From the NCBI GenBank assembly GCA_958419975.1, contig CATZIG010000001.1, positions 1 through 48,860 on the forward strand: DNA of 48,860 nt, written 5' to 3'. Position 1 is the stretch's first letter. The number at the start of each line of letters is the position of its first letter. Of this stretch, positions 20,031-28,740 are shown piece by piece. The DNA is from an uncultured Collinsella sp. Its GTDB lineage: Bacteria > Actinomycetota > Coriobacteriia > Coriobacteriales > Coriobacteriaceae. The translations under genes and the position numbers were made by a program. A model generated the notes under the pieces. It was not told where the DNA came from. It searched no databases and saw only the letters and a program-made list of their open reading frames with translations.

Positions 20031-20062
20031 CGACACGTTCACTTTTGACGCTCAGCCATCAC

Positions 20063-20099
20063 AACCACCACAAAGGGGACAGGCACCTTTGTGGTGGTT
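20063..20099. terminator. Hairpin between convergent genes with a GGGACAGG motif at the loop
   Basis: Perfect 14-bp arms AACCACCACAAAGG / CCTTTGTGGTGGTT followed by Ts. Confidence 0.7.
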
Positions 20100-20104
20100 T
20101 TTGT

Positions 20105-20908
20105 TTAAGCGCCGGCGATGATGAGGGCTGGACGTGCGCTGTCGCTGGCCTCGGCGATTGAGGTGGCGACGGCATGATCGGGGTCACGGTCCATCACGAT
20201 GGCGTCGACATCGGTCAGCTCGGCAAAACGGTACATGCCACGTCCGTTGACCTTACTGGCGTCCATGAGGGCGACGCTTTGATGGGCCGCGGCGATCATA
20301 GCCGTTTTGGTCTCGGCCATCTGGGGAAAGTCGGTCGTAAAGCCGCAGCTGGAGACAAAGGCGCCGGGGCACATGACGGCCAGATCGGCATGGACCATTT
20401 GGAGCGCCTGCATAGTGAGCGGTCCGTACAAATAACGATGGCCTTTGCGCAGCGCCCCGCCCAGCATGACGACATCGACCGAGGGCATGCTCTCGTCGAT
20501 GTAATCGGCAATGGTAATGTCTGCCGTGATGACGGTGATGCCGTCGCGCTGGTCGAGGAGCCGGACGAACTCGAGCGCCGTGGTGCCCGAGTCGACGAGC
20601 AGCGTGTCGCCGTCATTGACGAGCTCGATGGCGCTTTGCGCGATGGCCTGCTTGGCAGCGACATTGACATTGATGCGGCGATCCTGCGTGGAGACGGTCA
20701 GGCGTTTGTGGAGCGAGACGGCACCGCCGTGCGTGCGGCGCAGCTTGCCTGCTTCGGCGAGCGCGTCCAGGTCGGCGCGGGCGGTGACGGAGGACACGCC
20801 AAAGGTCTGGGCGATTTCTGCTACCTGCACCGAGGCGTTATGATTGAGCATTTCCATAATCGCGGTACGGCGTTCGTCGGCAAAAGCACGGTTGGTGGCT
20901 TGGGCCAT
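20105..20908 (-). CDS. DeoR/GlpR-family transcriptional regulator
   Basis: ERRTAIMEML, FGVSSVTARADL, RRTHGGA, DSGTT, DASK. ATG 20908 follows GGAG (alternative 20965). Confidence 0.92.
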   Translation of the reverse strand: MAQATNRAFADERRTAIMEMLNHNASVQVAEIAQTFGVSSVTARADLDALAEAGKLRRTHGGAVSLHKRLTVSTQDRRINVNVAAKQAIAQSAIELVNDGDTLLVDSGTTALEFVRLLDQRDGITVITADITIADYIDESMPSVDVVMLGGALRKGHRYLYGPLTMQALQMVHADLAVMCPGAFVSSCGFTTDFPQMAETKTAMIAAAHQSVALMDASKVNGRGMYRFAELTDVDAIVMDRDPDHAVATSIAEASDSARPALIIAGA

Positions 20909-21242
20909 GCTTGCTCCATTCTCGGCTAAATTTGCAGGAATTGTGTTGACTCTATTTTCGTTCATTTTCTTTTTGAGTAAGAAAACACCTTTCGATTACT
21001 TATCTTTTCTATAAAAGAAAGACGCTGAACGCCTAAAATTCAATATCGAACACGCCCACTTGGCTTCAATTCCTTCCGTTTGCTTTTCAAAAACGACGGT
21101 ATTGACCTGCATGGGCTCAATATCTCGCGCGTGTAAAGGCGCTGAATTTCATACAATGAGCGCAGTAAAACGCAAGGTAAAACGCCTTGTGAACAACTAC
21201 GCCCGATGTCCAGATGCGGGCGAGGGAGAGGAGCAAACGCTC

Positions 21243-22100
21243 ATGGCACTTGTTACCACCGAAAAGATGCTCAAGGACGCTCAGGCCGGCCACTACGCCG
21301 TCGGCGCGTTCAACGTCGAGAACCTCGAGTTTGTTATGGCCGTTCTGGCCGCTGCCGAGGAGACCAAGTCCCCCGTCATCATGCAGACCACCCCGGGCAC
21401 CATCAAGACCGCTGGTCTGGACTACTTCTACGGCATGGTCAAGGCTGCCGCCGAGCGCGCTTCCGTGCCCGTCGCTCTGCACCTCGATCACGGCGATGGC
21501 TATGATCGCTGCATGCAGGCTTTCCGTACGGGCTACACCTCTGTCATGATTGACGGTTCGCACGAGTCCTTCGAGGACAACATCGCTCTGACCAAGTCCG
21601 TCGCCGATGCTGGCCGCGCCATGGGCGTGCCCGTCGAGGCCGAGCTCGGTAAGGTTGGCGGCAAGGAGGACGACGGTCCCGCGGTTGAGGGCGAGAGCCC
21701 CTACACCGATCCGGCCGAGGCCAAGGAGTTCGTCGAGCGTACCGGCTGCACCTCGCTGGCCATTGGCGTTGGCACCAGCCACGGTGTGTACACGAGCGAT
21801 CCGCACATCGAGCAGTCCGTGGTCAAGGCCATCCGCGACGCCGTCGACGTGCCGCTGGTTCTGCACGGCACCTCTGGTGTGCCCGATGAGCAGGTTGCCG
21901 AGGCCGTGAAGAACGGCATCTGCAAGGTCAACTACGCTACCGAGCTGCGTCAGGCCTACACCAAGGGCTTCATGGCCTACATGGCCGAGAACCCCGCCTG
22001 CTTCGATCCCAAGAAGCCGGCCAAGGAGGGCATGCGTGAGATCACCGAGCTGGTTAAGATCCGCATGACCAACCTCAACTCTGTGGGCAAAGCAGAGTAA
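21243..22100 (+). CDS. Class II fructose/tagatose-1,6-bisphosphate aldolase (GatY/KbaY-like)
   Basis: YAVGAFNV, HLDHG, SVMIDGS, EAELG, GTSHG, LVLHGTSG, KVNYATE. Confidence 0.9.
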   Translation: MALVTTEKMLKDAQAGHYAVGAFNVENLEFVMAVLAAAEETKSPVIMQTTPGTIKTAGLDYFYGMVKAAAERASVPVALHLDHGDGYDRCMQAFRTGYTSVMIDGSHESFEDNIALTKSVADAGRAMGVPVEAELGKVGGKEDDGPAVEGESPYTDPAEAKEFVERTGCTSLAIGVGTSHGVYTSDPHIEQSVVKAIRDAVDVPLVLHGTSGVPDEQVAEAVKNGICKVNYATELRQAYTKGFMAYMAENPACFDPKKPAKEGMREITELVKIRMTNLNSVGKAE

Positions 22101-22133
22101 CAGCAAGGGTACTCCGACTCGCTATATATCCCG

Positions 22134-22258
22134 GGGAGGGACGAGGGCTTAGTTCCCCAATCGTCCTCGGGCATGCAAAAAGCCTCGCTGCGCACTTCGT
22201 GCGGCGAGGCTTTTTGCCCCCTGCGGAAAGATTGGGGAACTAAGCCCTCGTCCCTCCC
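22134..22258. repeat. Long bulged hairpin element
   Basis: Perfect 29-bp arms 22134-22162 / 22230-22258 around an inner stem. Imperfect pairing extends to about 22104-22288. Confidence 0.85.
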
Positions 22259-22340
22259 AGGTTGACCTACTCGAGGTCGTCGCCCTTGTGGCGTTGGGGC
22301 TGAAGAGATGGTGCGCGAGGGGCGCTTTGTTGATGAGGGG

Positions 22341-22550
22341 TTAGTATGCCCGGGCTTGGTTGGGGAATGCCTGGTCTAGTGAGGCTTGGAGTTTTTCGAA
22401 GGATGTCTGCAGGTTGAGGTGTTGGTCTGCAGAGCGTTTGGCTTTTGTGATTGGGGAGTCGAGGAGGCCGTCTCTCTGTGTCGGGGGGAAGGAGAAAAGG
22501 TCTGCATGTTTTAGGGATGGCTGCTGTGCTGCGTCATTGGAAGAATGCAT
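22341..22550 (-). CDS. Possible 69-aa hypothetical protein
   Basis: GAGGAGG 10 nt before ATG and C/A-biased third codon positions. No recognisable motif. Confidence 0.35.
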   Translation of the reverse strand: MHSSNDAAQQPSLKHADLFSFPPTQRDGLLDSPITKAKRSADQHLNLQTSFEKLQASLDQAFPNQARAY

Positions 22551-22804
22551 GCTTATGCGGCCTCCTCGATGTCCACCAAAAGGTTGCGCACGGGGTGTGC
22601 TGCTAGGTCCCGTGCGTTGGCAGTATTATGCCGCGGCTGTTGCAAAGAAGCGCTAAAGAAAGGCTTAACCTGGTTTGGTGTTACGATGAAACTGCAGGTC
22701 AGAGGTATTGAGTAACACTCTTGAAAGGTTTTGAGCTTAAGGGCTTTCTAAGGTTTGTGGCACGGATGTGGCTCGCCTGTGTGGGGCGTGTGGACGGCTC
22801 GTTC

Positions 22805-23794
22805 CTAGCGCTGCGGCTCTGCGGTGCGCACCTGCTCGATGACCTTTTCCATGGTGGCGTCGATGCGGTCCTTTTTGAGTTCGCATTCCCAGATGGTTAT
22901 GGGCGTCCAGCCCATTTGGGTAAGCGCGTCGATGGCAGCGCGGTCGCGCTCGACGTTGCGACGGAACTTTGCCTCCCAAAACTCAACGTTGCGCTTGGGC
23001 TGGCTAGGGTTGCACTTGGGGCAACGGTGCCAAAAGCAGCCGTTGACGAAGATGGCGATCTTGCGCCCGGGAAAGGCGATGTCGGGCTTGCCGGGAACCT
23101 TCCATTCCAAGCGATAGCCCGTAAGACCTGCTGCCCGCAGGCGCTGGCGAACGAGCAGCTCGGGTTTGGTGTTCGCACGCTTGTTGCCCTTCATGGACTT
23201 TTTGATGGCGGCGCGACGGCGCACCAGTTCGCGCTCGTCAGCGGAAAGGTCCGAGGTATCGATGCCGTCGAGCAGACCGGGCTTGGGGCGCTTCTTGCTG
23301 CGGCGCTTAGGTGCGCGCTTGGGCTTGGAAGCGGGCTCGTCGGTCGTGGTGGCCTCGGCGTCGTTGGCAGTGCTGTTGGCCTCGAGCCGGTCTTCCTTCA
23401 GCTCAATCAGGGCATCAATGAGCCCCTTGTCGGCGGGCATCCACTCAACCGTGGCAAGCGAGGTGCGCGGAATCCAGCGGATATCGAGTTGGCGGTCGTG
23501 CTTCTGCGGCTCATCGGATTCATCGGCGAGCGAGCAGTAGTAGCACTCCATGGAGAGATGAAAATCGGGGTAGTCATACTCAACGGTATAGAAATCGCGC
23601 AGGTTGGTAACTTTTACCTGCAGCTCTTCCATGAGCTCGCGGCGCACGGCGTCTTCGGGTGTCTCGCCGCGCATGAGCTTGCCGCCGGGAAACTCCCAAA
23701 GTCCCTGCATGTCGCCATAGCCGCGCTGCACGGCAAGCAGCTCGTCAGATCCTTCCTTGCGAATGATCCCAGCGGCAACATGAACAGTCTTCAA
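22805..23794 (-). CDS. Fusion of a MutT-like NUDIX hydrolase and a Vsr-family very-short-patch-repair endonuclease
   Basis: TTG 23794 follows GAGAGGA. Nudix box WEFPGGK...GETPEDAVRRELMEEL. Vsr motifs NTKPE, PGKPDI, IFVNGCFWH, FWEAKF..NVERD, GW...IWECE. Confidence 0.88.
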   Translation of the reverse strand: MKTVHVAAGIIRKEGSDELLAVQRGYGDMQGLWEFPGGKLMRGETPEDAVRRELMEELQVKVTNLRDFYTVEYDYPDFHLSMECYYCSLADESDEPQKHDRQLDIRWIPRTSLATVEWMPADKGLIDALIELKEDRLEANSTANDAEATTTDEPASKPKRAPKRRSKKRPKPGLLDGIDTSDLSADERELVRRRAAIKKSMKGNKRANTKPELLVRQRLRAAGLTGYRLEWKVPGKPDIAFPGRKIAIFVNGCFWHRCPKCNPSQPKRNVEFWEAKFRRNVERDRAAIDALTQMGWTPITIWECELKKDRIDATMEKVIEQVRTAEPQR

Positions 23795-23841
23795 CAGGAG
23801 TCCTCTCTCAACATCAACACGCGGCAGGGTAGCTATCCGTA

Positions 23842-23869
23842 CCTTAAACAACGGTAAGGCAAGCGTAAG
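23842..23869 (+). promoter_or_regulatory. Candidate BceR/OmpR-type response-regulator site
   Basis: CCTTA-N8-TAAGG inverted repeat plus GTAAG repeated 11 bp later, upstream of a BceAB-like operon. Confidence 0.45.
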
Positions 23870-23942
23870 CCATATCGATGGTAGCCGACTCGTCTTCTTG
23901 CGACTATAGATGCCGTAGACTAATCGCAAGAAAGGACTCGGT

Positions 23943-24728
23943 ATGCAAACCACGCACATGGCGACCCCGGTACTGGAGGTCGCACATCTCGAAAAGGTAT
24001 ATGGAGCGCTGGGCAACGTGACCCGCGCGCTCAACGACGTCAGCTTTACCGTCAACCGCGGCGAATTTGTTGGCATCATGGGCGCTTCGGGCTCGGGCAA
24101 GTCGACGTTGCTCAACTGCGTGTCGACCATTGATAGCGCCACGAGTGGCACGATCCGCATCAACGGGCAGGACGTGACGCGCATGAAGCAGGCTAAGCTT
24201 TCGCAGTTCCGCCGCGAGGAGCTCGGCTTTATCTTCCAGGACTCCAACCTGCTCGATACGCTCACGGCACGCGAGAACATCGCCCTGCCGCTCACCATCG
24301 CCCGCACAAACTCGGCAGAGATCTCGACCCGCGTGCAGGATGTGGCAGCGCGCCTCTCCATCAGTCAGGTGCTCGACAAGTATCCCTACCAGATGTCCGG
24401 CGGTCAGCAGCAGCGCGTTGCCGCGGCCCGCGCGCTCGTCACCGACCCCACCATGATCATGGCCGACGAGCCCACCGGCGCCCTCGATTCTAAAAGCGCT
24501 CGTCTGCTGCTCGAGAGCCTGGAGGCCCTTAACCGCCGCCTACGCGCCACGGTGCTCATGGTCACGCACGACAGCTTTGCCGCCAGCTACACGAGCCGTG
24601 TGCTGTTTATCCGCGACGGCAAGATCTTCACCGAGCTGCGCCGCGGCGACACCGACCGCCGAGAGTTCTTCGACCGCATTATGGAGGTCGTTGCCATGAT
24701 GGGCGGTGAGGGCTCCGATGCTCTGTAA
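23943..24728 (+). CDS. ABC transporter ATP-binding subunit (BceA/LolD-like)
   Basis: GASGSGKST, MSGGQQQR, ADEPTGALD, VTHD. Confidence 0.93.
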   Translation: MQTTHMATPVLEVAHLEKVYGALGNVTRALNDVSFTVNRGEFVGIMGASGSGKSTLLNCVSTIDSATSGTIRINGQDVTRMKQAKLSQFRREELGFIFQDSNLLDTLTARENIALPLTIARTNSAEISTRVQDVAARLSISQVLDKYPYQMSGGQQQRVAAARALVTDPTMIMADEPTGALDSKSARLLLESLEALNRRLRATVLMVTHDSFAASYTSRVLFIRDGKIFTELRRGDTDRREFFDRIMEVVAMMGGEGSDAL

Positions 24729-26919
24729 ACTCGCTTGGGGCAACGTCCGCCGTGCCGGCCGCGACTACCTCGTCTACCTTTTGACGCTCACCCTGGGCGT
24801 CACGGTCTTCTATGCCTTTAATACCATCTCGATGCAGGTCGACATCGCCGGAATTGATGAAGAGGGCTTGGCGCAGGTTATGGGCAGCATGCTCGGCGAC
24901 CTGACGTACTTTTTGGCCGGTGTCATGGCCTTTTTGATGGTGTACGCCAATAACTTCATCATGAAACGCCGCAAAAAGGAGTTTGGCCTGTACCAGGTGC
25001 TCGGCATGGGGCGCGGGCGCGTCGCCACGATCATGGCGCTCGAGACCGTGATCGTTTCGGTCGTGGCCTTTGCCGCCGGCATTGTGCTGGGTGTGGGACT
25101 CTCCCAGCTCATGACATTCTTTACGGCCTCGCTCTTTAAGACGCAGATCGCCAATTTCCACTTCTTTTTCTCGGTGCATGCGTTCAACCTGACCCTTGTC
25201 TGCATGCTCGTAATGTTTGTGCTCACGTTACTGCTGAACCTGCGCGCCGTTCGTCGTACCAAACTCATCGAGCTTATGGGTGCCGAGCGTCGCAACGAGA
25301 GCATCAAGACGCGCAACCCCTGGATCGCGATTGCCATCTTTGCCGTGGGCGTGGTGCTTGTGGGCGTGGCCTATTACCGTCTGCTACGTGATGGGTTCCC
25401 GCTAACCGCGACGGACAGCAAGCTGCAAGAGGCCATGAGTCAGTTTGGCATTACGACCGCTATGGTTACCGTGGGCACCTTTGCGCTGTTCTGGGGACTC
25501 TCGGGCATGCTTATCAAGCTGCTGCAGAGCCTGCGCAGCGTGTATTGGCGCGGCCTCAACATGTTTACCGTGCGCCAGCTTGCGGCCAAGGTCAACACGG
25601 TGTGCTTTTCGATGGGTGTCATCGCGATGATTCTGTTCCTCGCCATTACCTCGGTGACGTGCGGTATGTCGATCGCCAACGTGATGAACGAAAACCTGGA
25701 GCGCTATAACCCTGTTAACGTGTCTCAGACGTATGTCTATTACACGCCCGATACGCTCGACTACTACAAAGAGTATGTCAATCCGTCTGAGGCCGATCGC
25801 ATGGTGCTGGCCGATACAACGGTCGATTTGTACTCCGCATGGCACGGCAAGGGCAAGTCGGCGGACAACAACGACGAGACCGGCAAGAAGGTCAATATCG
25901 CCGATGTTGCCGGTGAGCATGTGCAGATCGATTCGTATCTGAGTTACCCGTTTGACGGTTCGAACCCTTCGGTGTCTGCGGGTGAGATGTGCAAGACCAT
26001 GGGCAAAAGGCTTCCCAAGGCGCTCGGGGGTAGCAATGCCGATACGATGGGTCTGTTTGTGACGCCGGCAAGCCAGTACAACAAACTGCGCCAGATGATG
26101 GGCGAGGAGCCGGTGAGCATTGGCCGCGACCAGTACCTGCTTACGTGTGATATGGGCGGTGAGCTGGGCGACCTGTACACCAAATACATGGCCGGCGACC
26201 ATACCCTTACCTTGGGCGGGCATGAGCTCAAGCCCGCAACCGATAAGTCGGACAAGGACACGGCGGCCATCGCCAACTCGGCGATGGGCAGTAATCCGGG
26301 TACCGTCGTCGTTGCCGACGAGCTGTTGTCCCAACTTAATCTGCAGCCGTATTCCAGTAGCCTGCTCGTTAATTACAAACAGGGGATGGATACGACCGAG
26401 GCAGACGAGAGCATTAAATACACTGTGCTCGACAATCTGCTCGTTGACGGCAAGGAGCCGGGGTCATGGGGAATCTTCATCACACGCTCCGAGATGTACA
26501 CGCAAGCAGCGCAAATGAACGGTCTTATTAGCTACCTAGCCATCTACATCGGCTTTGTATTGGTCGTTGCATGCGCGGCGATTCTGTCGATCCAGCAACT
26601 CTCCAACGTGGCCGACGGCAGCCGCAGCTATCGCGTGCTGGCGCAGATCGGCTGCGACGACCGTCAGATCCGCCATTCGGTGATGGCGCAGCAAGCGGTA
26701 TTCTTCCTGTTCCCGCTGGCAGTGGGCCTGGCGCACTCCTTTGTGGCACTTAAGGTGATCATCGAGCTGGTGAGCATTTTCGGAAATATGAGCATCGGCG
26801 GCACCGTGGGCCTCACCTGCGCAATCTTCCTGGCAGCATACGGTGGCTACTTCCTGGTGACCTACCTCATGAGCGCCGGCATGGTACAAGCTGCCATCGC
26901 TACCCGCTACAGCGAGTAA
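24718..26919 (+). CDS. ABC transporter permease (BceB/FtsX-like) with large extracellular domain
   Basis: KRRKKEFGLYQVLGM, several N-terminal TMs, big loop, 3 C-terminal TMs. Overlaps the ATPase stop. Confidence 0.9.
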   Translation: MLCKLAWGNVRRAGRDYLVYLLTLTLGVTVFYAFNTISMQVDIAGIDEEGLAQVMGSMLGDLTYFLAGVMAFLMVYANNFIMKRRKKEFGLYQVLGMGRGRVATIMALETVIVSVVAFAAGIVLGVGLSQLMTFFTASLFKTQIANFHFFFSVHAFNLTLVCMLVMFVLTLLLNLRAVRRTKLIELMGAERRNESIKTRNPWIAIAIFAVGVVLVGVAYYRLLRDGFPLTATDSKLQEAMSQFGITTAMVTVGTFALFWGLSGMLIKLLQSLRSVYWRGLNMFTVRQLAAKVNTVCFSMGVIAMILFLAITSVTCGMSIANVMNENLERYNPVNVSQTYVYYTPDTLDYYKEYVNPSEADRMVLADTTVDLYSAWHGKGKSADNNDETGKKVNIADVAGEHVQIDSYLSYPFDGSNPSVSAGEMCKTMGKRLPKALGGSNADTMGLFVTPASQYNKLRQMMGEEPVSIGRDQYLLTCDMGGELGDLYTKYMAGDHTLTLGGHELKPATDKSDKDTAAIANSAMGSNPGTVVVADELLSQLNLQPYSSSLLVNYKQGMDTTEADESIKYTVLDNLLVDGKEPGSWGIFITRSEMYTQAAQMNGLISYLAIYIGFVLVVACAAILSIQQLSNVADGSRSYRVLAQIGCDDRQIRHSVMAQQAVFFLFPLAVGLAHSFVALKVIIELVSIFGNMSIGGTVGLTCAIFLAAYGGYFLVTYLMSAGMVQAAIATRYSE

Positions 26920-26955
26920 CAAGCGGGCAAAACGGTCGCAAAATCAGAGGCGTAT

Positions 26956-27196
26956 GACCGCCGCGAAGGGACCAGGGGCCCTTTCGCGGCGGTTTTTGCC
27001 AATCTGGTGCGTCTCAGATACAAGTGAGTAGACTTGTTTGAACCTGCCGAGCACATCGCGACAAATGCTCAATAAAACCGCAGGTCAGAGCCGTGGCGTT
27101 TTAGGGTGTGCTTAGACTCCTGCAAAAAGCCTACTCACTTGGTTTTTCTGCTAGAAGACCGCCGCGAGGGAAGGCAACTCCCTTACGGCGGTTTGG
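26956..27196. repeat. Two related hairpins (GACCGCCGCGA...GCGGTTT) flanking an inverted-repeat element CAAGTGAGTAG...CTACTCACTTG
   Basis: Hairpins at about 26956-26997 and 27157-27194. 11-bp arms at 27021-27031 / 27130-27141 with a central CCGCAGGTCAGAG. Confidence 0.65.
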
Positions 27197-27240
27197 ACGT
27201 TTGCCCAGATAGTCGTTGGGGACGTCCCCAACGGCTACCC

Positions 27241-27402
27241 AAGGAGTGTCCCAAACTGCCGGCAGAAAAGGAGCGTCCCTAACTGCCACATCAAACGAAA
27301 GGGCGCCGACCTTCTGGTCGCGCGCTTGAAGTTGAACGTCAGATTGTCCAAATGCGGCCCGCGCAGCGTCGAGCCGTTACGGCGTTTGGTAAAACCGCGT
27401 AA
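27241..27402. repeat. Inverted, internally deleted copy of the 12686-12916 composite element
   Basis: Reverse complement matches 12686-12797 and 12878-12916. Confidence 0.85.
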
Positions 27403-28434
27403 CTAAATCCGTTCCGCGATCTCGTGGATGAGGTAATCGGTCTTTTCCCAGCCTAGGCACGGGTCGGTGATGGACTTGCCAAAGACGCCGCCATCGACCG
27501 GCTGGTTACCGTCCTCCAGGTAGGACTCGATCATAAAGCCCTTGACCAGCTTGGAGATGGACTCGTTGCGGCGGCAGCTGTCGAGCACCTCTTTGCAAAT
27601 ACGGTACTGCTCCAGCGGGCGCTTGCCCGAGTTGTCGTGGTTGCAGTCGATGACCGCCGCCGGGTTGGCGTAGCCGGCATGCTCGGTATAGCGCTCGGCC
27701 AGGCGCTCCAGGTGCTCGTAGTGGTAATTGGGGTAGGTGCGCCCATCGAGACCGATATAGCCACGCATAACGGCGTGCGCGAGCGGATTGCCGTCGCATT
27801 CAACCTCCCAATTGCGGAAGATAAAGCTCTGATGTGCCTGCGCGGCGTAGATGGAGTTGAGCATAACAGTGGTAGAGCCGGCGGTGGGATTCTTCATGCC
27901 GACGGGTACCGAAATGCCGCTCGACACCAGACGGTGCTCCTGGTTCTCGACCGAGCGTGCGCCCACGGCAACATAGCTCAGCAGGTCAACGAGGTACTGG
28001 TAGTTGGACGGATAGAGCATCTCGTCGGCGGTGAAGAAGCCCGTTTCCTTAATAACGCGCAGGTGCATATGGCGGATGGCCTTGACGCCCTCGAGCAGGT
28101 CGTCGGGAGCCTCGGGGTTGGGGTTGTGCAGAAGACCCTTGTAACCGGTGCCCTTGGTACGCGGCTTATTGGTGTAGACGCGCGGAATGATGATGAGCTT
28201 GTCCTTGACCTCCTCGGCGGTCTTGGCCAGTCGGTTCATGTACTCAAGTACCGAGTCCTCGCGGTCGGCAGAGCACGGGCCGATGATGAGCACCTTGCGT
28301 GCGTCCTCGCCGGTAAAGACTTTGGCGACCTCGGCGTCAAATGCCTGCTTTTTGGCGGTAAGCTCGGCAGAAAGCGGCATTTCCTCGCGGATCTCCATGG
28401 GGATCGGCAACTTGCGTTTGAATTCCATGGCCAT
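27403..28434 (-). CDS. 3-deoxy-7-phosphoheptulonate (DAHP) synthase, class I (AroF/G/H type)
   Basis: IIGPCS, RVYTNKPRT..GYKG, VGARS, GMKN, DCNHDNS, GFMIESY, GKSITDPCLGW. Confidence 0.93.
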   Translation of the reverse strand: MAMEFKRKLPIPMEIREEMPLSAELTAKKQAFDAEVAKVFTGEDARKVLIIGPCSADREDSVLEYMNRLAKTAEEVKDKLIIIPRVYTNKPRTKGTGYKGLLHNPNPEAPDDLLEGVKAIRHMHLRVIKETGFFTADEMLYPSNYQYLVDLLSYVAVGARSVENQEHRLVSSGISVPVGMKNPTAGSTTVMLNSIYAAQAHQSFIFRNWEVECDGNPLAHAVMRGYIGLDGRTYPNYHYEHLERLAERYTEHAGYANPAAVIDCNHDNSGKRPLEQYRICKEVLDSCRRNESISKLVKGFMIESYLEDGNQPVDGGVFGKSITDPCLGWEKTDYLIHEIAERI

Positions 28435-28674
28435 AGGGGCCTCCTCAATCTATAGAAAGAGCAATAAGCGTATTGTCGAATGCTCGGCATTATCCGCTGT
28501 CGCACGCTAAAGTGCAAGTCCTTGTCACCCCAAAACCTGCCAAAAAGGGACAGGTTTATTTTGGCAGGTTTTATCTGGGCAAACGTCAGCTGGCCCTGGA
28601 ATGGAATGATGCCACGTGGCTTGGAAGGGGCTGCCAATCAGGTCCCAGGGGAGGCGGTTTGAGGCCGCAGAACG

Positions 28675-28709
28675 AAAAACGGGGGCGCAGGTTGTCCTGC
28701 GCCCCCGTT
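28675..28709 (-). terminator. Intrinsic terminator of the ABC exporter operon
   Basis: AAAAACGGGGGCGCAGG-ttgt-CCTGCGCCCCCGTT. Confidence 0.8.
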
Positions 28710-28740
28710 CTCGGGCGTTATTCGTTCCCTGCGGCAGAAT

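Noticed and set aside
23795..24361. N-terminal extension of the 518-aa ORF 22805..24361
   Set aside because: It is antisense to the ABC ATPase. Nudix homology and an SD place the start at 23794.
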